Shown: positions 13,301 to 29,600 of the stretch, one piece after another
Numbering within the stretch: position 1 is the stretch's first letter
Layout of the letters: each line of letters starts with the position of its first letter
Assembly (NCBI GenBank): GCA_964276515.1
Contig: OZ193910.1
Coordinates: 7,254,001-7,318,000, forward strand
Reading direction: 5' to 3'
Source of the DNA: Gordius albopunctatus
Lineage: Eukaryota
Length of the DNA: 64,000 nucleotides
Notes under the pieces: model-generated
Database searches by the model: none
What the model was told of the DNA's origin: nothing
Seen by the model: only the letters and a program-made list of their open reading frames with translations
Program-made: the position numbers and the translations under genes

Positions 13301-16300
13301 ATTAATCGCAACAATATAACGTTGTCTTTTCTAAAAATGATTGTTCTCGCAGCTTAAAACTTCTTATAAGGAGTCGATCGAGATTAATAGGATTCTCAAA
13401 TCAGCTTACTTTTATATATTTTTTCAAGCTCTTTTACATAAAATAACAAAAAATATATTTTTCAGGTTAAAATAATTCACAATTTTTTCCTTTCAACCAT
13501 ATTCAACCGATGAAAGTTGTTATTTTCAGACGTGATTTCCATGATAAAAAGTCAAAATTTATCATAATTAGAAAACTATTACTTTGAAATCATCATCGCA
13601 TAGAGCATGTTTAAATAATTAAGCCCTCACGTTGCGATACAACAAATCAATCGCAACAATATAACGTTATCTTTTCTCAAAATGATTGTTCTCGCAGCTT
13701 AAAACTTCTTTCTAAAGTCAATCGAGGATAAAAGGTTTCTCAAATTGGCTTACTTTAAAATATTTTTTCAAGCTCTTTTACATAAAATAACAAAAAATAT
13801 ATTTTTTCAGGTTAAAATAATTCACAATTTTTTCCTTTCAACCATATTCAACCGATGAAAGTTGTTATTTTCAGACGTGATTTCCATGATAAAAAGTCAA
13901 AATTTATCAGAATTAGAAAACTATTACTTTGAAATCATCATCGCATAGAGCATGTTTAAATAATTAAGCACTCACGTTGCGATACAACTAATCGCAACAA
14001 TATAACGTTGTCTTTTCTCAAAATGATTGTTCTCGCAGCTTAAAACTTCTAATAAGGAGTCGATCGAGAATAATAGGATTCTCAAATGAGCTTACTTTTA
14101 TATATTTTTTCAAGCTCTTTTACATAAAATAACAAAAAATATATTTTTTCAGGTTAAAATAATTCACATTTTTTTCCTTTCAACCATATTCAACCGATGA
14201 AAGTTGTTATTTTCAGACGTGATTTCCATGATAAAAAGTCAAAATTTAGCAGAATTAGAAAACTATTACTTTGAAATCATCATCGACTAGAGCATGTTTA
14301 AATAATTAAGCACTCACGTTGCGATACAACTAATCGCAACAATATAACGTTGTCTTTTCTCAAAATGATTGTTCTCGCAGCTTAAAACTTCTAATAAGGA
14401 GTCGATCGAGAATAATAGGATTCTCAAATGAGCTTACTTTTATATATTTTTTCAAGCTCTTTTACATAAAATAACAAAAAATATATTTTTTCAGGTTAAA
14501 ATAATTCACAATTTTTTCCTTTCAACCATATTCAACCGATGAAAGTTGTTATTTTCAGACGTGATTTCCATGATAAAAAGTCAAAATTTATCAGAATTAG
14601 AAAACTATTACTTTGAAATCATCATCGCATAGAGCATGTTTAAATAATTAAGCACTCACGTTGCGATACAACTAATCGCAACAATATAACGTTGTCTTTT
14701 CTCAAAATGATTGTTCTCGCAGCCTAAAACTTCTAATAAGGAGTCGATCGAGAATAATAGGATTCTCAAATGAGCTTACTTTTATATATTTTTTCAAGCT
14801 CTTTTACATAAAATAACAAAAAATATATTTTTTCAGGTTAAAATAATTCACAATTTTTTCCTTTCAACCATATTCAACCGATGAAAGTTGTTATTTTCAG
14901 ACGTAATTTCGATGATAAAAAGTCAAAATTTATCATAATTAGAAAACTATTACTTTGAAATCATCATCGTATAGAGCATGTTTAAATAATTAAGCACTCA
15001 CGTTGCGATACAACTAATCGCAACAATATAACGTTGTCTTTTCTCAAAATGATTGTTCTCGCAGCCTAAAACTTCTAATAAGGAGTCGATCGAGAATAAT
15101 AGGATTCTCAAATGAGCTTACTTTTATATATTTTTTCAAGCTCTTTTACATAAAATAACAAAAAATATATTTTTTCAGGTTAAAATAATTCACAATTTTT
15201 TCCTTTCAACCATATTCAACCGATGAAAGTTGTTATTTTCAGACGTAATTTCGATGATAAAAAGTCAAAATTTATCATAATTAGAAAACTATTACTTTGA
15301 AATCATCATCGTATAGAGCATGTTTAAATAATTAAGCACTCACGTTGCGATACAACAAATTAATCGCAACAATATAACGTTGTCTTTTCTAAAAATGATT
15401 GTTCTCGCAGCTTAAAACTTCTTATAAGGAGTCGATCGAGATTAATAGGATTCTCAAATCAGCTTACTTTTATATATTTTTTCAAGCTCTTTTACATAAA
15501 ATAACAAAAAATATGTTTTTTCAGGTTAAAATAATTCACAATTTTTTCCTTTCAACCATATTCAACCGATGAAAGTTGTTATTTTCAGACGTGATTTCCA
15601 TGATAAAAAGTCAAAATTTATCAGAATTAGAAAACTATTACTTTGAAATCATCATCGCATAGAGCATGTTTAAATAATTAAGCACTCACGTTGCGATACA
15701 ACTAATCGCAACAATATAACGTTGTCTTTTCTCAAAATGATTGTTCTCGCAGCCTAAAACTTCTAATAAGGAGTCGATCGAGAATAATAGGATTCTCAAA
15801 TGAGCTTACTTTTATATATTTTTTCAAGCTCTTTTACATAAAATAACAAAAAATATATTTTTTCAGGTTAAAATAATTCACAATTTTTTCCTTTCAACCA
15901 TATTCAACCGATGAAAGTTGTTATTTTCAGACGTAATTTCGATGATAAAAAGTCAAAATTTATCAGAATTAGAAAACTATTACTTTGAAATCATCATCGT
16001 ATAGAGCATGTTTAAATAATTAAGCACTCACGTTGCGATACAACAAATTAATCGCAACAATATAACGTTGTCTTTTCTAAAAATGATTGTTCTCGCAGCT
16101 TAAAACTTCTTATAAGGAGTCGATCGAGATTAATAGGATTCTCAAATCAGCTTACTTTTATATATTTTTTCAAGCTCTTTTACATAAAATAACAAAAAAT
16201 ATATTTTTCAGGTTAAAATAATTCACAATTTTTTCCTTTCAACCATATTCAACCGATGAAAGTTGTTATTTTCAGACGTGATTTCCATGATAAAAAGTCA

Positions 16301-19300
16301 AAATTTATCATAATTAGAAAACTATTACTTTGAAATCATCATCGCATAGAGCATGTTTAAATAATTAAGCCCTCACGTTGCGATACAACAAATCAATCGC
16401 AACAATATAACGTTGTCTTTTCTCAAAATGATTGTTCTCGCAGCTTAAAACTTCTTTCTAAAGTCAATCGAGGATAAAATGTTTCTCAAATTGGCTTACT
16501 TTAAAATATTTTTTCAAGCTCTTTTACATAAAATAACAAAAAATATATTTTTTCAGGTTAAAATAATTCACAATTTTTTCCTTTCAACCATATTCAACCG
16601 ATGAAAGTTGTTATTTTCAGACGTGATTTCCATGATAAAAAGTCAAAATTTATCAGAATTAGAAAACTATTACTTTGAAATCATCATCGCATAGAGCATG
16701 TTTAAATAATTAAGCACTCACGTTGCGATACAACTAATCGCAACAATATAACGTTGTCTTTTCTCAAAATGATTGTTCTCGCAGCTTAAAACTTCTAATA
16801 AGGAGTCGATCGAGAATAATAGGATTCTCAAATGAGCTTACTTTTATATATTTTTTCAAGCTCTTTTACATAAAATAACAAAAAATATATTTTTTCAGGT
16901 TAAAATAATTCACAATTTTTTCCTTTCAACCATATTCAACCGATGAAAGTTGTTATTTTCAGACGTGATTTCCATGATAAAAAGTCAAAATTTAGCAGAA
17001 TTAGAAAACTATTACTTTGAAATCATCATCGCATAGAGCATGTTTAAATAATTAAGCACTCACGTTGCGATACAACTAATCGCAACAATATAACGTTGTC
17101 TTTTCTCAAAATGATTGTTCTCGCAGCTTAAAACTTCTAATAAGGAGTCGATCGAGAATAATAGGATTCTCAAATGAGCTTACTTTTATATATTTTTTCA
17201 AGCTCTTTTACATAAAATAACAAAAAATATATTTTTTCAGGTTAAAATAATTCACAATTTTTTCCTTTCAACCATATTCAACCGATGAAAGTTGTTATTT
17301 TCAGACGTGATTTCCATGATAAAAAGTCAAAATTTAGCAGAATTAGAAAACTATTACTTTGAAATCATCATCGCATAGAGCATGTTTAAATAATTAAGCA
17401 CTCACGTTGCGATACAACTAATCGCAACAATATAACGTTGTCTTTTCTCAAAATGATTGTTCTCGCAGGTTAAAACTTCTTTCTGAAGTCAATCGAGGAT
17501 AAAAGGTTTCTCTAATTGGCTTACTTTAATATATTTTTTCAAGCTCTTTTACATAAAATAACAAAAAAAATATTTTTTCAGGTTAAATAATTCACAATTT
17601 TTTCCTTTCAACCATATTCAACCGATGAAAGTTGTTATTTTCAGACGTGATTTCCATGATAAAAAGTCAAAATTTAGCAGAATTATAAAAATATTACTTT
17701 GAAATCATCATCGCATAGAGCATGTTTAAATAATTAAGCACTCACGTTGCGATACAACTAATCGCAACAATATAACGTTGTCTTTTCTCAAAATGATTGT
17801 TCTCGCAGCTTAAAACTTCTAATAAGGAGTCGATCGAGAATAATAGGATTCTCAAATGAGCTTACTCTTATATATTTTTCAAGCTCTTTTACATAAAATA
17901 ACAAAAAATATATTTTTTCAGGTTAAAATAATTCACAATTTTTTCCTTTCAACCATATTCAACCGATGAAAGTTGTTATTTTCAGACGTGATTTCGATGA
18001 TAAAAACTCAAAATTTATCATAATTAGAAAACTATTACTTTGAAATCATCATCGCATAGAGCATGTTTAAATAATTAAGCACTCACGTTGCGATACAACA
18101 AATTAATCGCAACAATATAACGTTGTCTTTTCTCAAAATGATTGTTCTCGCAGCTTAAAACTTCTAATAAGGAGTCGATCGAGAATAATAGGATTCTCAA
18201 ATGAGCTTACTTTTATATATTTTTTCAAGCTCTTTTACATAAAATAACAAAAAATATATTTTTTCAGGTTAAAATAATTCACAATTTTTTCCTTTCAACC
18301 ATATTCAACCGATGAAAGTTGTTATTTTCAGACGTGATTTCGATGATAAAAAGTCAAAATTTATCATAATTAGAAAACTATTACTTTGAAATCATCATCG
18401 CATAGAGCATGTTTAAATAATTAAGCACTCACGTTGCGATACAACAAATTAATCGCAACAATATAACGTTGTCTTTTCTCAAAATGATTGTTCTCGCAGC
18501 TTAAAACTTCTAATAAGGAGTCGATCGAGAATAATAGGATTCTCAAATGAGCTTACTTTTATATATTTTTTCAAGCTCTTTTACATAAAATAACAAAAAA
18601 TATATTTTTTCAGGTTAAAATAATTCACAATTTTTTCCTTTCAACCATATTCAACCGATGAAAGTTGTTATTTTCAGACGTGATTTCCATGATAAAAAGT
18701 CAAAATTTAGCAGAATTAGAAAACTATTACTTTGAAATCATCATCGCATAGAGCATGTTTAAATAATTAAGCACTCACGTTGCGATACAACTAATCGCAA
18801 CAATATAACGTTGTCTTTTCTCAAAATGATTGTTCTCGCAGCTTAAAATTTCTAATAAGGAGTCGATCGAGAATAATAGGATTCTCAAATGAGCTTACTT
18901 TTATATATTTTTTCAAGCTCTTTTACATAAAATAACAAAAAAAATATTTTTTCAGGTTAAATAATTCACAATTTTTTCCTTTCAACCATATTCAACCGAT
19001 GAAAGTTGTTATTTTCAGACGTGATTTCGATGATAAAAAGTCAAAATTTATCAGAATTAGAAAACTATTACTTTGAAATCATCATCGCATAGAGCATGTT
19101 TAAATAATTAAGCAGTCACGTTGCGATACAACTAATCGCAACAATATAACGTTGTCTTTTCTCAAAATGATTGTTCTCGCAGCTTAAAACTTCTAATAAG
19201 GAGTCGATCGAGAATAATAGGATTCTCAAATGAGCTTACTTTTATATATTTTTTCAAGCTCTTTTACATAAAATAACAAAAAAAATATTTTTTCAGGTTA

Positions 19301-22300
19301 AATAATTCACAATTTTTTCCTTTCAACCATATTCAACCGATGAAAGTTGTTATTTTCAGACGTGATTTCCATGATAAAAAGTCAAAATTTAGCAGAATTA
19401 GAAAACTATTACTTTGAAATCATCATCGCATAGAGCATGTTTAAATAATTAAGCACTCACGTTGCGATACAACAAATTAATTGCAACAATATAACGTTGT
19501 CTTTTCTCAAAATGATTGTTCTCGCAGCTTAAAACTTCTAATAAGGAGTCGATCGAGAATAATAGGATTCTCAAATGAGCTTACTTTTATATATTTTTTC
19601 AAGCTCTTTTACATAAAATAACAAAAAAAATATTTTTTCAGGTTAAATAATTCACAATTTTTTCCTTTCAACCATATTCAACCGATGAAAGTTGTTATTT
19701 TCAGACGTGATTTCCATGATAAAAAGTCAAAATTTAGCAGAATTAGAAAACTATTACTTTGAAATCATCATCGACTAGAGCATGTTTAAATAATTAAGCA
19801 CTCACGTTGCGATACAACTAATCGCAACAATATAACGTTGTCTTTTCTCAAAATGATTGTTCTCGCAGCTTAAAACTTCTAATAAGGAGTCGATCGAGAA
19901 TAATAGGATTCTCAAATGAGCTTACTTTTATATATTTTTTCAAGCTCTTTTACATAAAATAACAAAAAATATATTTTTTCAGGTTAAAATAATTCACAAT
20001 TTTTTCCTTTCAACCATATTCAACCGATGAAAGTTGTTATTTTCAGACGTGATTTCCATGATAAAAAGTCAAAATTTATCAGAATTAGAAAACTATTACT
20101 TTGAAATCATCATCGCATAGAGCATGTTTAAATAATTAAGCACTCACGTTGCGATACAACTAATCGCAACAATATAACGTTGTCTTTTCTCAAAATGATT
20201 GTTCTCGCAGCCTAAAACTTCTAATAAGGAGTCGATCGAGAATAATAGGATTCTCAAATGAGCTTACTTTTATATATTTTTTCAAGCTCTTTTACATAAA
20301 ATAAGAAAAAATATATTTTTTCAGGTTAAAATAATTCACAATTTTTTCCTTTCAACCATATTCAACCGATGAAAGTTGTTATTTTCAGACGTAATTTCGA
20401 TGATAAAAAGTCAAAATTTATCATAATTAGAAAACTATTACTTTGAAATCATCATCGTATAGAGCATGTTTAAATAATTAAGCACTCACGTTGCGATACA
20501 ACTAATCGCAACAATATAACGTTGTCTTTTCTCAAAATGATTGTTCTCGCAGCCTAAAACTTCTAATAAGGAGTCGATCGAGAATAATAGGATTCTCAAA
20601 TGAGCTTACTTTTATATATTTTTTCAAGCTCTTTTACATAAAATAACAAAAAATATATTTTTTCAGGTTAAAATAATTCACAATTTTTTCCTTTCAACCA
20701 TATTCAACCGATGAAAGTTGTTATTTTCAGACGTAATTTCGATGATAAAAAGTCAAAATTTATCATAATTAGAAAACTATTACTTTGAAATCATCATCGT
20801 ATAGAGCATGTTTAAATAATTAAGCACTCACGTTGCGATACAACAAATTAATCGCAACAATATAACGTTGTCTTTTCTAAAAATGATTGTTCTCGCAGCT
20901 TAAAACTTCTTATAAGGAGTCGATCGAGATTAATAGGATTCTCAAATCAGCTTACTTTTATATATTTTTTCAAGCTCTTTTACATAAAATAACAAAAAAT
21001 ATGTTTTTTCAGGTTAAAATAATTCACAATTTTTTCCTTTCAACCATATTCAACCGATGAAAGTTGTTATTTTCAGACGTGATTTCCATGATAAAAAGTC
21101 AAAATTTATCAGAATTAGAAAACTATTACTTTGAAATCATCATCGCATAGAGCATGTTTAAATAATTAAGCACTCACGTTGCGATACAACTAATCGCAAC
21201 AATATAACGTTGTCTTTTCTCAAAATGATTGTTCTCGCAGCCTAAAACTTCTAATAAGGAGTCGATCGAGAATAATAGGATTCTCAAATGAGCTTACTTT
21301 TATATATTTTTTCAAGCTCTTTTACATAAAATAACAAAAAATATATTTTTTCAGGTTAAAATAATTCACAATTTTTTCCTTTCAACCATATTCAACCGAT
21401 GAAAGTTGTTATTTTCAGACGTAATTTCGATGATAAAAAGTCAAAATTTATCATAATTAGAAAACTATTACTTTGAAATCATCATCGTATAGAGCATGTT
21501 TAAATAATTAAGCACTCACGTTGCGATACAACAAATTAATCGCAACAATATAACGTTGTCTTTTCTAAAAATGATTGTTCTCGCAGCTTAAAACTTCTTA
21601 TAAGGAGTCGATCGAGATTAATAGGATTCTCAAATCAGCTTACTTTTATATATTTTTTCAAGCTCTTTTACATAAAATAACAAAAAATATATTTTTCAGG
21701 TTAAAATAATTCACAATTTTTTCCTTTCAACCATATTCAACCGATGAAAGTTGTTATTTTCAGACGTGATTTCCATGATAAAAAGTCAAAATTTATCATA
21801 ATTAGAAAACTATTACTTTGAAATCATCATCGCATAGAGCATGTTTAAATAATTAAGCCCTCACGTTGCGATACAACAAATCAATCGCAACAATATAACG
21901 TTGTCTTTTCTCAAAATGATTGTTCTCGCAGCTTAAAACTTCTTTCTAAAGTCAATCGAGGATAAAATGTTTCTCAAATTGGCTTACTTTAAAATATTTT
22001 TTCAAGCTCTTTTACATAAAATAACAAAAAATATATTTTTTCAGGTTAAAATAATTCACAATTTTTTCCTTTCAACCATATTCAACCGATGAAAGTTGTT
22101 ATTTTCAGACGTGATTTCCATGATAAAAAGTCAAAATTTATCAGAATTAGAAAACTATTACTTTGAAATCATCATCGCATAGAGCATGTTTAAATAATTA
22201 AGCACTCACGTTGCGATACAACTAATCGCAACAATATAACGTTGTCTTTTGTCAAAATGATTGTTCTCGCAGCTTAAAACTTCTAATAAGGAGTCGATCG

Positions 22301-22739
22301 AGAATAATAGGATTCTCAAATGAGCTTACTTTTATATATTTTTTCAAGCTCTTTTACATAAAATAACAAAAAATATATTTTTTCAGGTTAAAATAATTCA
22401 CAATTTTTTCCTTTCAACCATATTCAACCGATGAAAGTTGTTATTTTCAGACGTGATTTCCATGATAAAAAGTCAAAATTTAGCAGAATTAGAAAACTAT
22501 TACTTTGAAATCATCATCGCATAGAGCATGTTTAAATAATTAAGCACTCACGTTGCGATACAACTAATCGCAACAATATAACGTTGTCTTTTCTCAAAAT
22601 GATTGTTCTCGCAGCTTAAAACTTCTAATAAGGAGTCGATCGAGAATAATAGGATTCTCAAATGAGCTTACTTTTATATATTTTTTCAAGCTCTTTTACA
22701 TAAAATAACAAAAAATATATTTTTTCAGGTTAAAATAAT

Positions 22740-25700
22740 TCACAATTTTTTCCTTTCAACCATATTCAACCGATGAAAGTTGTTATTTTCAGACGTGATT
22801 TCGATGATAAAAAGTCAAAATTTATCATAATTAGAAAACTATTACTTTGAAATCATCATCGCATAGAGCATGTTTAAATAATTAAGCACTCACGTTGCGA
22901 TACAACAAATTAATCGCAACAATATAACGTTGTCTTTTCTCAAAATGATTGTTCTCGCAGCTTAAAACTTCTAATAAGGAGTCGATCGAGAATAATAGGA
23001 TTCTCAAATGAGCTTACTTTTATATATTTTTTCAAGCTCTTTTACATAAAATAACAAAAAATATATTTTTTCAGGTTAAAATAATTCACAATTTTTTCCT
23101 TTCAACCATATTCAACCGATGAAAGTTGTTATTTTCAGACGTGATTTCCATGATAAAAAGTCAAAATTTAGCAGAATTAGAAAACTATTACTTTGAAATC
23201 ATCATCGCATAGAGCATGTTTAAATAATTAAGCACTCACGTTGCGATACAACTAATCGCAACAATATAACGTTGTCTTTTCTCAAAATGATTGTTCTCGC
23301 AGCTTAAAATTTCTAATAAGGAGTCGATCGAGAATAATAGGATTCTCAAATGAGCTTACTTTTATATATTTTTTCAAGCTCTTTTACATAAAATAACAAA
23401 AAAAATATTTTTTCAGGTTAAATAATTCACAATTTTTTCCTTTCAACCATATTCAACCGATGAAAGTTGTTATTTTCAGACGTGATTTCGATGATAAAAA
23501 GTCAAAATTTATCAGAATTAGAAAACTATTACTTTGAAATCATCATCGCATAGAGCATGTTTAAATAATTAAGCAGTCACGTTGCGATACAACTAATCGC
23601 AACAATATAACGTTGTCTTTTCTCAAAATGATTGTTCTCGCAGCTTAAAACTTCTAATAAGGAGTCGATCGAGAATAATAGGATTCTCAAATGAGCTTAC
23701 TTTTATATATTTTTTCAAGCTCTTTTACATAAAATAACAAAAAAAATATTTTTTCAGGTTAAATAATTCACAATTTTTTCCTTTCAACCATATTCAACCG
23801 ATGAAAGTTGTTATTTTCAGACGTGATTTCCATGATAAAAAGTCAAAATTTAGCAGAATTAGAAAACTATTACTTTGAAATCATCATCGCATAGAGCATG
23901 TTTAAATAATTAAGCACTCACGTTGCGATACAACAAATTAATTGCAACAATATAACGTTGTCTTTTCTCAAAATGATTGTTCTCGCAGCTTAAAACTTCT
24001 AATAAGGAGTCGATCGAGAATAATAGGATTCTCAAATGAGCTTACTTTTATATATTTTTTCAAGCTCTTTTACATAAAATAACAAAAAAAATATTTTTTC
24101 AGGTTAAATAATTCACAATTTTTTCCTTTCAACCATATTCAACCGATGAAAGTTGTTATTTTCAGACGTGATTTCCATGATAAAAAGTCAAAATTTAGCA
24201 GAATTAGAAAACTATTACTTTGAAATCATCATCGCATAGAGCATGTTTAAATAATTAAGCACTCACGTTGCGATACAACTAATCGCAACAATATAACGTT
24301 GTCTTTTCTCAAAATGATTGTTCTCGCAGCTTAAAACTTCTAATAAGGAGTCGATCGAGAATAATAGGATTCTCAAATGAGCTTACTTTTATATATTTTT
24401 TCAAGCTCTTTTACATAAAATAACAAAAAATATATTTTTTCAGGTTAAAATAATTCACATTTTTTTCCTTTCAACCATATTCAACCGATGAAAGTTGTTA
24501 TTTTCAGACGTGATTTCCATGATAAAAAGTCAAAATTTAGCAGAATTAGAAAACTATTACTTTGAAATCATCATCGACTAGAGCATGTTTAAATAATTAA
24601 GCACTCACGTTGCGATACAACTAATCGCAACAATATAACGTTGTCTTTTCTCAAAATGATTGTTCTCGCAGCTTAAAACTTCTAATAAGGAGTCGATCGA
24701 GAATAATAGGATTCTCAAATGAGCTTACTTTTATATATTTTTTCAAGCTCTTTTACATAAAATAACAAAAAATATATTTTTTCAGGTTAAAATAATTCAC
24801 AATTTTTTCCTTTCAACCATATTCAACCGATGAAAGTTGTTATTTTCAGACGTGATTTCCATGATAAAAAGTCAAAATTTATCAGAATTAGAAAACTATT
24901 ACTTTGAAATCATCATCGCATAGAGCATGTTTAAATAATTAAGCACTCACGTTGCGATACAACTAATCGCAACAATATAACGTTGTCTTTTCTCAAAATG
25001 ATTGTTCTCGCAGCCTAAAACTTCTAATAAGGAGTCGATCGAGAATAATAGGATTCTCAAATGAGCTTACTTTTATATATTTTTTCAAGCTCTTTTACAT
25101 AAAATAAGAAAAAATATATTTTTTCAGGTTAAAATAATTCACAATTTTTTCCTTTCAACCATATTCAACCGATGAAAGTTGTTATTTTCAGACGTAATTT
25201 CGATGATAAAAAGTCAAAATTTATCATAATTAGAAAACTATTACTTTGAAATCATCATCGTATAGAGCATGTTTAAATAATTAAGCACTCACGTTGCGAT
25301 ACAACTAATCGCAACAATATAACGTTGTCTTTTCTCAAAATGATTGTTCTCGCAGCCTAAAACTTCTAATAAGGAGTCGATCGAGAATAATAGGATTCTC
25401 AAATGAGCTTACTTTTATATATTTTTTCAAGCTCTTTTACATAAAATAACAAAAAATATATTTTTTCAGGTTAAAATAATTCACAATTTTTTCCTTTCAA
25501 CCATATTCAACCGATGAAAGTTGTTATTTTCAGACGTAATTTCGATGATAAAAAGTCAAAATTTATCATAATTAGAAAACTATTACTTTGAAATCATCAT
25601 CGTATAGAGCATGTTTAAATAATTAAGCACTCACGTTGCGATACAACAAATTAATCGCAACAATATAACGTTGTCTTTTCTAAAAATGATTGTTCTCGCA

Positions 25701-28700
25701 GCTTAAAACTTCTTATAAGGAGTCGATCGAGATTAATAGGATTCTCAAATCAGCTTACTTTTATATATTTTTTCAAGCTCTTTTACATAAAATAACAAAA
25801 AATATGTTTTTTCAGGTTAAAATAATTCACAATTTTTTCCTTTCAACCATATTCAACCGATGAAAGTTGTTATTTTCAGACGTGATTTCCATGATAAAAA
25901 GTCAAAATTTATCAGAATTAGAAAACTATTACTTTGAAATCATCATCGCATAGAGCATGTTTAAATAATTAAGCACTCACGTTGCGATACAACTAATCGC
26001 AACAATATAACGTTGTCTTTTCTCAAAATGATTGTTCTCGCAGCCTAAAACTTCTAATAAGGAGTCGATCGAGAATAATAGGATTCTCAAATGAGCTTAC
26101 TTTTATATATTTTTTCAAGCTCTTTTACATAAAATAACAAAAAATATATTTTTTCAGGTTAAAATAATTCACAATTTTTTCCTTTCAACCATATTCAACC
26201 GATGAAAGTTGTTATTTTCAGACGTGATTTCGATGATAAAAAGTCAAAATTTATCATAATTAGAAAACTATTACTTTGAAATCATCATCGCATAGAGCAT
26301 GTTTAAATAATTAAGCACTCACGTTGCGATACAACAAATTAATCGCAACAATATAACGTTGTCTTTTCTCAAAATGATTGTTCTCGCAGCTTAAAACTTC
26401 TAATAAGGAGTCGATCGAGAATAATAGGATTCTCAAATGAGCTTACTTTTATATATTTTTTCAAGCTCTTTTACATAAAATAACAAAAAATATATTTTTT
26501 CAGGTTAAAATAATTCACAATTTTTTCCTTTCAACCATATTCAACCGATGAAAGTTGTTATTTTCAGACGTGATTTCCATGATAAAAAGTCAAAATTTAG
26601 CAGAATTAGAAAACTATTACTTTGAAATCATCATCGCATAGAGCATGTTTAAATAATTAAGCACTCACGTTGCGATACAACTAATCGCAACAATATAACG
26701 TTGTCTTTTCTCAAAATGATTGTTCTCGCAGCTTAAAATTTCTAATAAGGAGTCGATCGAGAATAATAGGATTCTCAAATGAGCTTACTTTTATATATTT
26801 TTTCAAGCTCTTTTACATAAAATAACAAAAAAAATATTTTTTCAGGTTAAATAATTCACAATTTTTTCCTTTCAACCATATTCAACCGATGAAAGTTGTT
26901 ATTTTCAGACGTGATTTCGATGATAAAAAGTCAAAATTTATCAGAATTAGAAAACTATTACTTTGAAATCATCATCGCATAGAGCATGTTTAAATAATTA
27001 AGCAGTCACGTTGCGATACAACTAATCGCAACAATATAACGTTGTCTTTTCTCAAAATGATTGTTCTCGCAGCTTAAAACTTCTAATAAGGAGTCGATCG
27101 AGAATAATAGGATTCTCAAATGAGCTTACTTTTATATATTTTTTCAAGCTCTTTTACATAAAATAACAAAAAAAATATTTTTTCAGGTTAAATAATTCAC
27201 AATTTTTTCCTTTCAACCATATTCAACCGATGAAAGTTGTTATTTTCAGACGTGATTTCCATGATAAAAAGTCAAAATTTAGCAGAATTAGAAAACTATT
27301 ACTTTGAAATCATCATCGCATAGAGCATGTTTAAATAATTAAGCACTCACGTTGCGATACAACAAATTAATTGCAACAATATAACGTTGTCTTTTCTCAA
27401 AATGATTGTTCTCGCAGCTTAAAACTTCTAATAAGGAGTCGATCGAGAATAATAGGATTCTCAAATGAGCTTACTTTTATATATTTTTTCAAGCTCTTTT
27501 ACATAAAATAACAAAAAAAATATTTTTTCAGGTTAAATAATTCACAATTTTTTCCTTTCAACCATATTCAACCGATGAAAGTTGTTATTTTCAGACGTGA
27601 TTTCCATGATAAAAAGTCAAAATTTAGCAGAATTAGAAAACTATTACTTTGAAATCATCATCGCATAGAGCATGTTTAAATAATTAAGCACTCACGTTGC
27701 GATACAACTAATCGCAACAATATAACGTTGTCTTTTCTCAAAATGATTGTTCTCGCAGCTTAAAACTTCTAATAAGGAGTCGATCGAGAATAATAGGATT
27801 CTCAAATGAGCTTACTTTTATATATTTTTTCAAGCTCTTTTACATAAAATAACAAAAAATATATTTTTTCAGGTTAAAATAATTCACATTTTTTTCCTTT
27901 CAACCATATTCAACCGATGAAAGTTGTTATTTTCAGACGTGATTTCCATGATAAAAAGTCAAAATTTAGCAGAATTAGAAAACTATTACTTTGAAATCAT
28001 CATCGACTAGAGCATGTTTAAATAATTAAGCACTCACGTTGCGATACAACTAATCGCAACAATATAACGTTGTCTTTTCTCAAAATGATTGTTCTCGCAG
28101 CTTAAAACTTCTAATAAGGAGTCGATCGAGAATAATAGGATTCTCAAATGAGCTTACTTTTATATATTTTTTCAAGCTCTTTTACATAAAATAACAAAAA
28201 ATATATTTTTTCAGGTTAAAATAATTCACAATTTTTTCCTTTCAACCATATTCAACCGATGAAAGTTGTTATTTTCAGACGTGATTTCCATGATAAAAAG
28301 TCAAAATTTATCAGAATTAGAAAACTATTACTTTGAAATCATCATCGCATAGAGCATGTTTAAATAATTAAGCACTCACGTTGCGATACAACTAATCGCA
28401 ACAATATAACGTTGTCTTTTCTCAAAATGATTGTTCTCGCAGCCTAAAACTTCTAATAAGGAGTCGATCGAGAATAATAGGATTCTCAAATGAGCTTACT
28501 TTTATATATTTTTTCAAGCTCTTTTACATAAAATAAGAAAAAATATATTTTTTCAGGTTAAAATAATTCACAATTTTTTCCTTTCAACCATATTCAACCG
28601 ATGAAAGTTGTTATTTTCAGACGTAATTTCGATGATAAAAAGTCAAAATTTATCATAATTAGAAAACTATTACTTTGAAATCATCATCGTATAGAGCATG

Positions 28701-29600
28701 TTTAAATAATTAAGCACTCACGTTGCGATACAACTAATCGCAACAATATAACGTTGTCTTTTCTCAAAATGATTGTTCTCGCAGCCTAAAACTTCTAATA
28801 AGGAGTCGATCGAGAATAATAGGATTCTCAAATGAGCTTACTTTTATATATTTTTTCAAGCTCTTTTACATAAAATAACAAAAAATATATTTTTTCAGGT
28901 TAAAATAATTCACAATTTTTTCCTTTCAACCATATTCAACCGATGAAAGTTGTTATTTTCAGACGTAATTTCGATGATAAAAAGTCAAAATTTATCATAA
29001 TTAGAAAACTATTACTTTGAAATCATCATCGTATAGAGCATGTTTAAATAATTAAGCACTCACGTTGCGATACAACAAATTAATCGCAACAATATAACGT
29101 TGTCTTTTCTAAAAATGATTGTTCTCGCAGCTTAAAACTTCTTATAAGGAGTCGATCGAGATTAATAGGATTCTCAAATCAGCTTACTTTTATATATTTT
29201 TTCAAGCTCTTTTACATAAAATAACAAAAAATATGTTTTTTCAGGTTAAAATAATTCACAATTTTTTCCTTTCAACCATATTCAACCGATGAAAGTTGTT
29301 ATTTTCAGACGTGATTTCCATGATAAAAAGTCAAAATTTATCAGAATTAGAAAACTATTACTTTGAAATCATCATCGCATAGAGCATGTTTAAATAATTA
29401 AGCACTCACGTTGCGATACAACTAATCGCAACAATATAACGTTGTCTTTTCTCAAAATGATTGTTCTCGCAGCCTAAAACTTCTAATAAGGAGTCGATCG
29501 AGAATAATAGGATTCTCAAATGAGCTTACTTTTATATATTTTTTCAAGCTCTTTTACATAAAATAACAAAAAATATATTTTTTCAGGTTAAAATAATTCA
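22740..29600. repeat. 10-monomer (3,429 bp) tandem duplication
   Basis: Rare markers recur at +3429: gcttaaaaTttcta at 23302/26731 and tcgACtag at 24574/28003. aaataaGaaa also recurs near 25105/28535. Confidence 0.88.
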
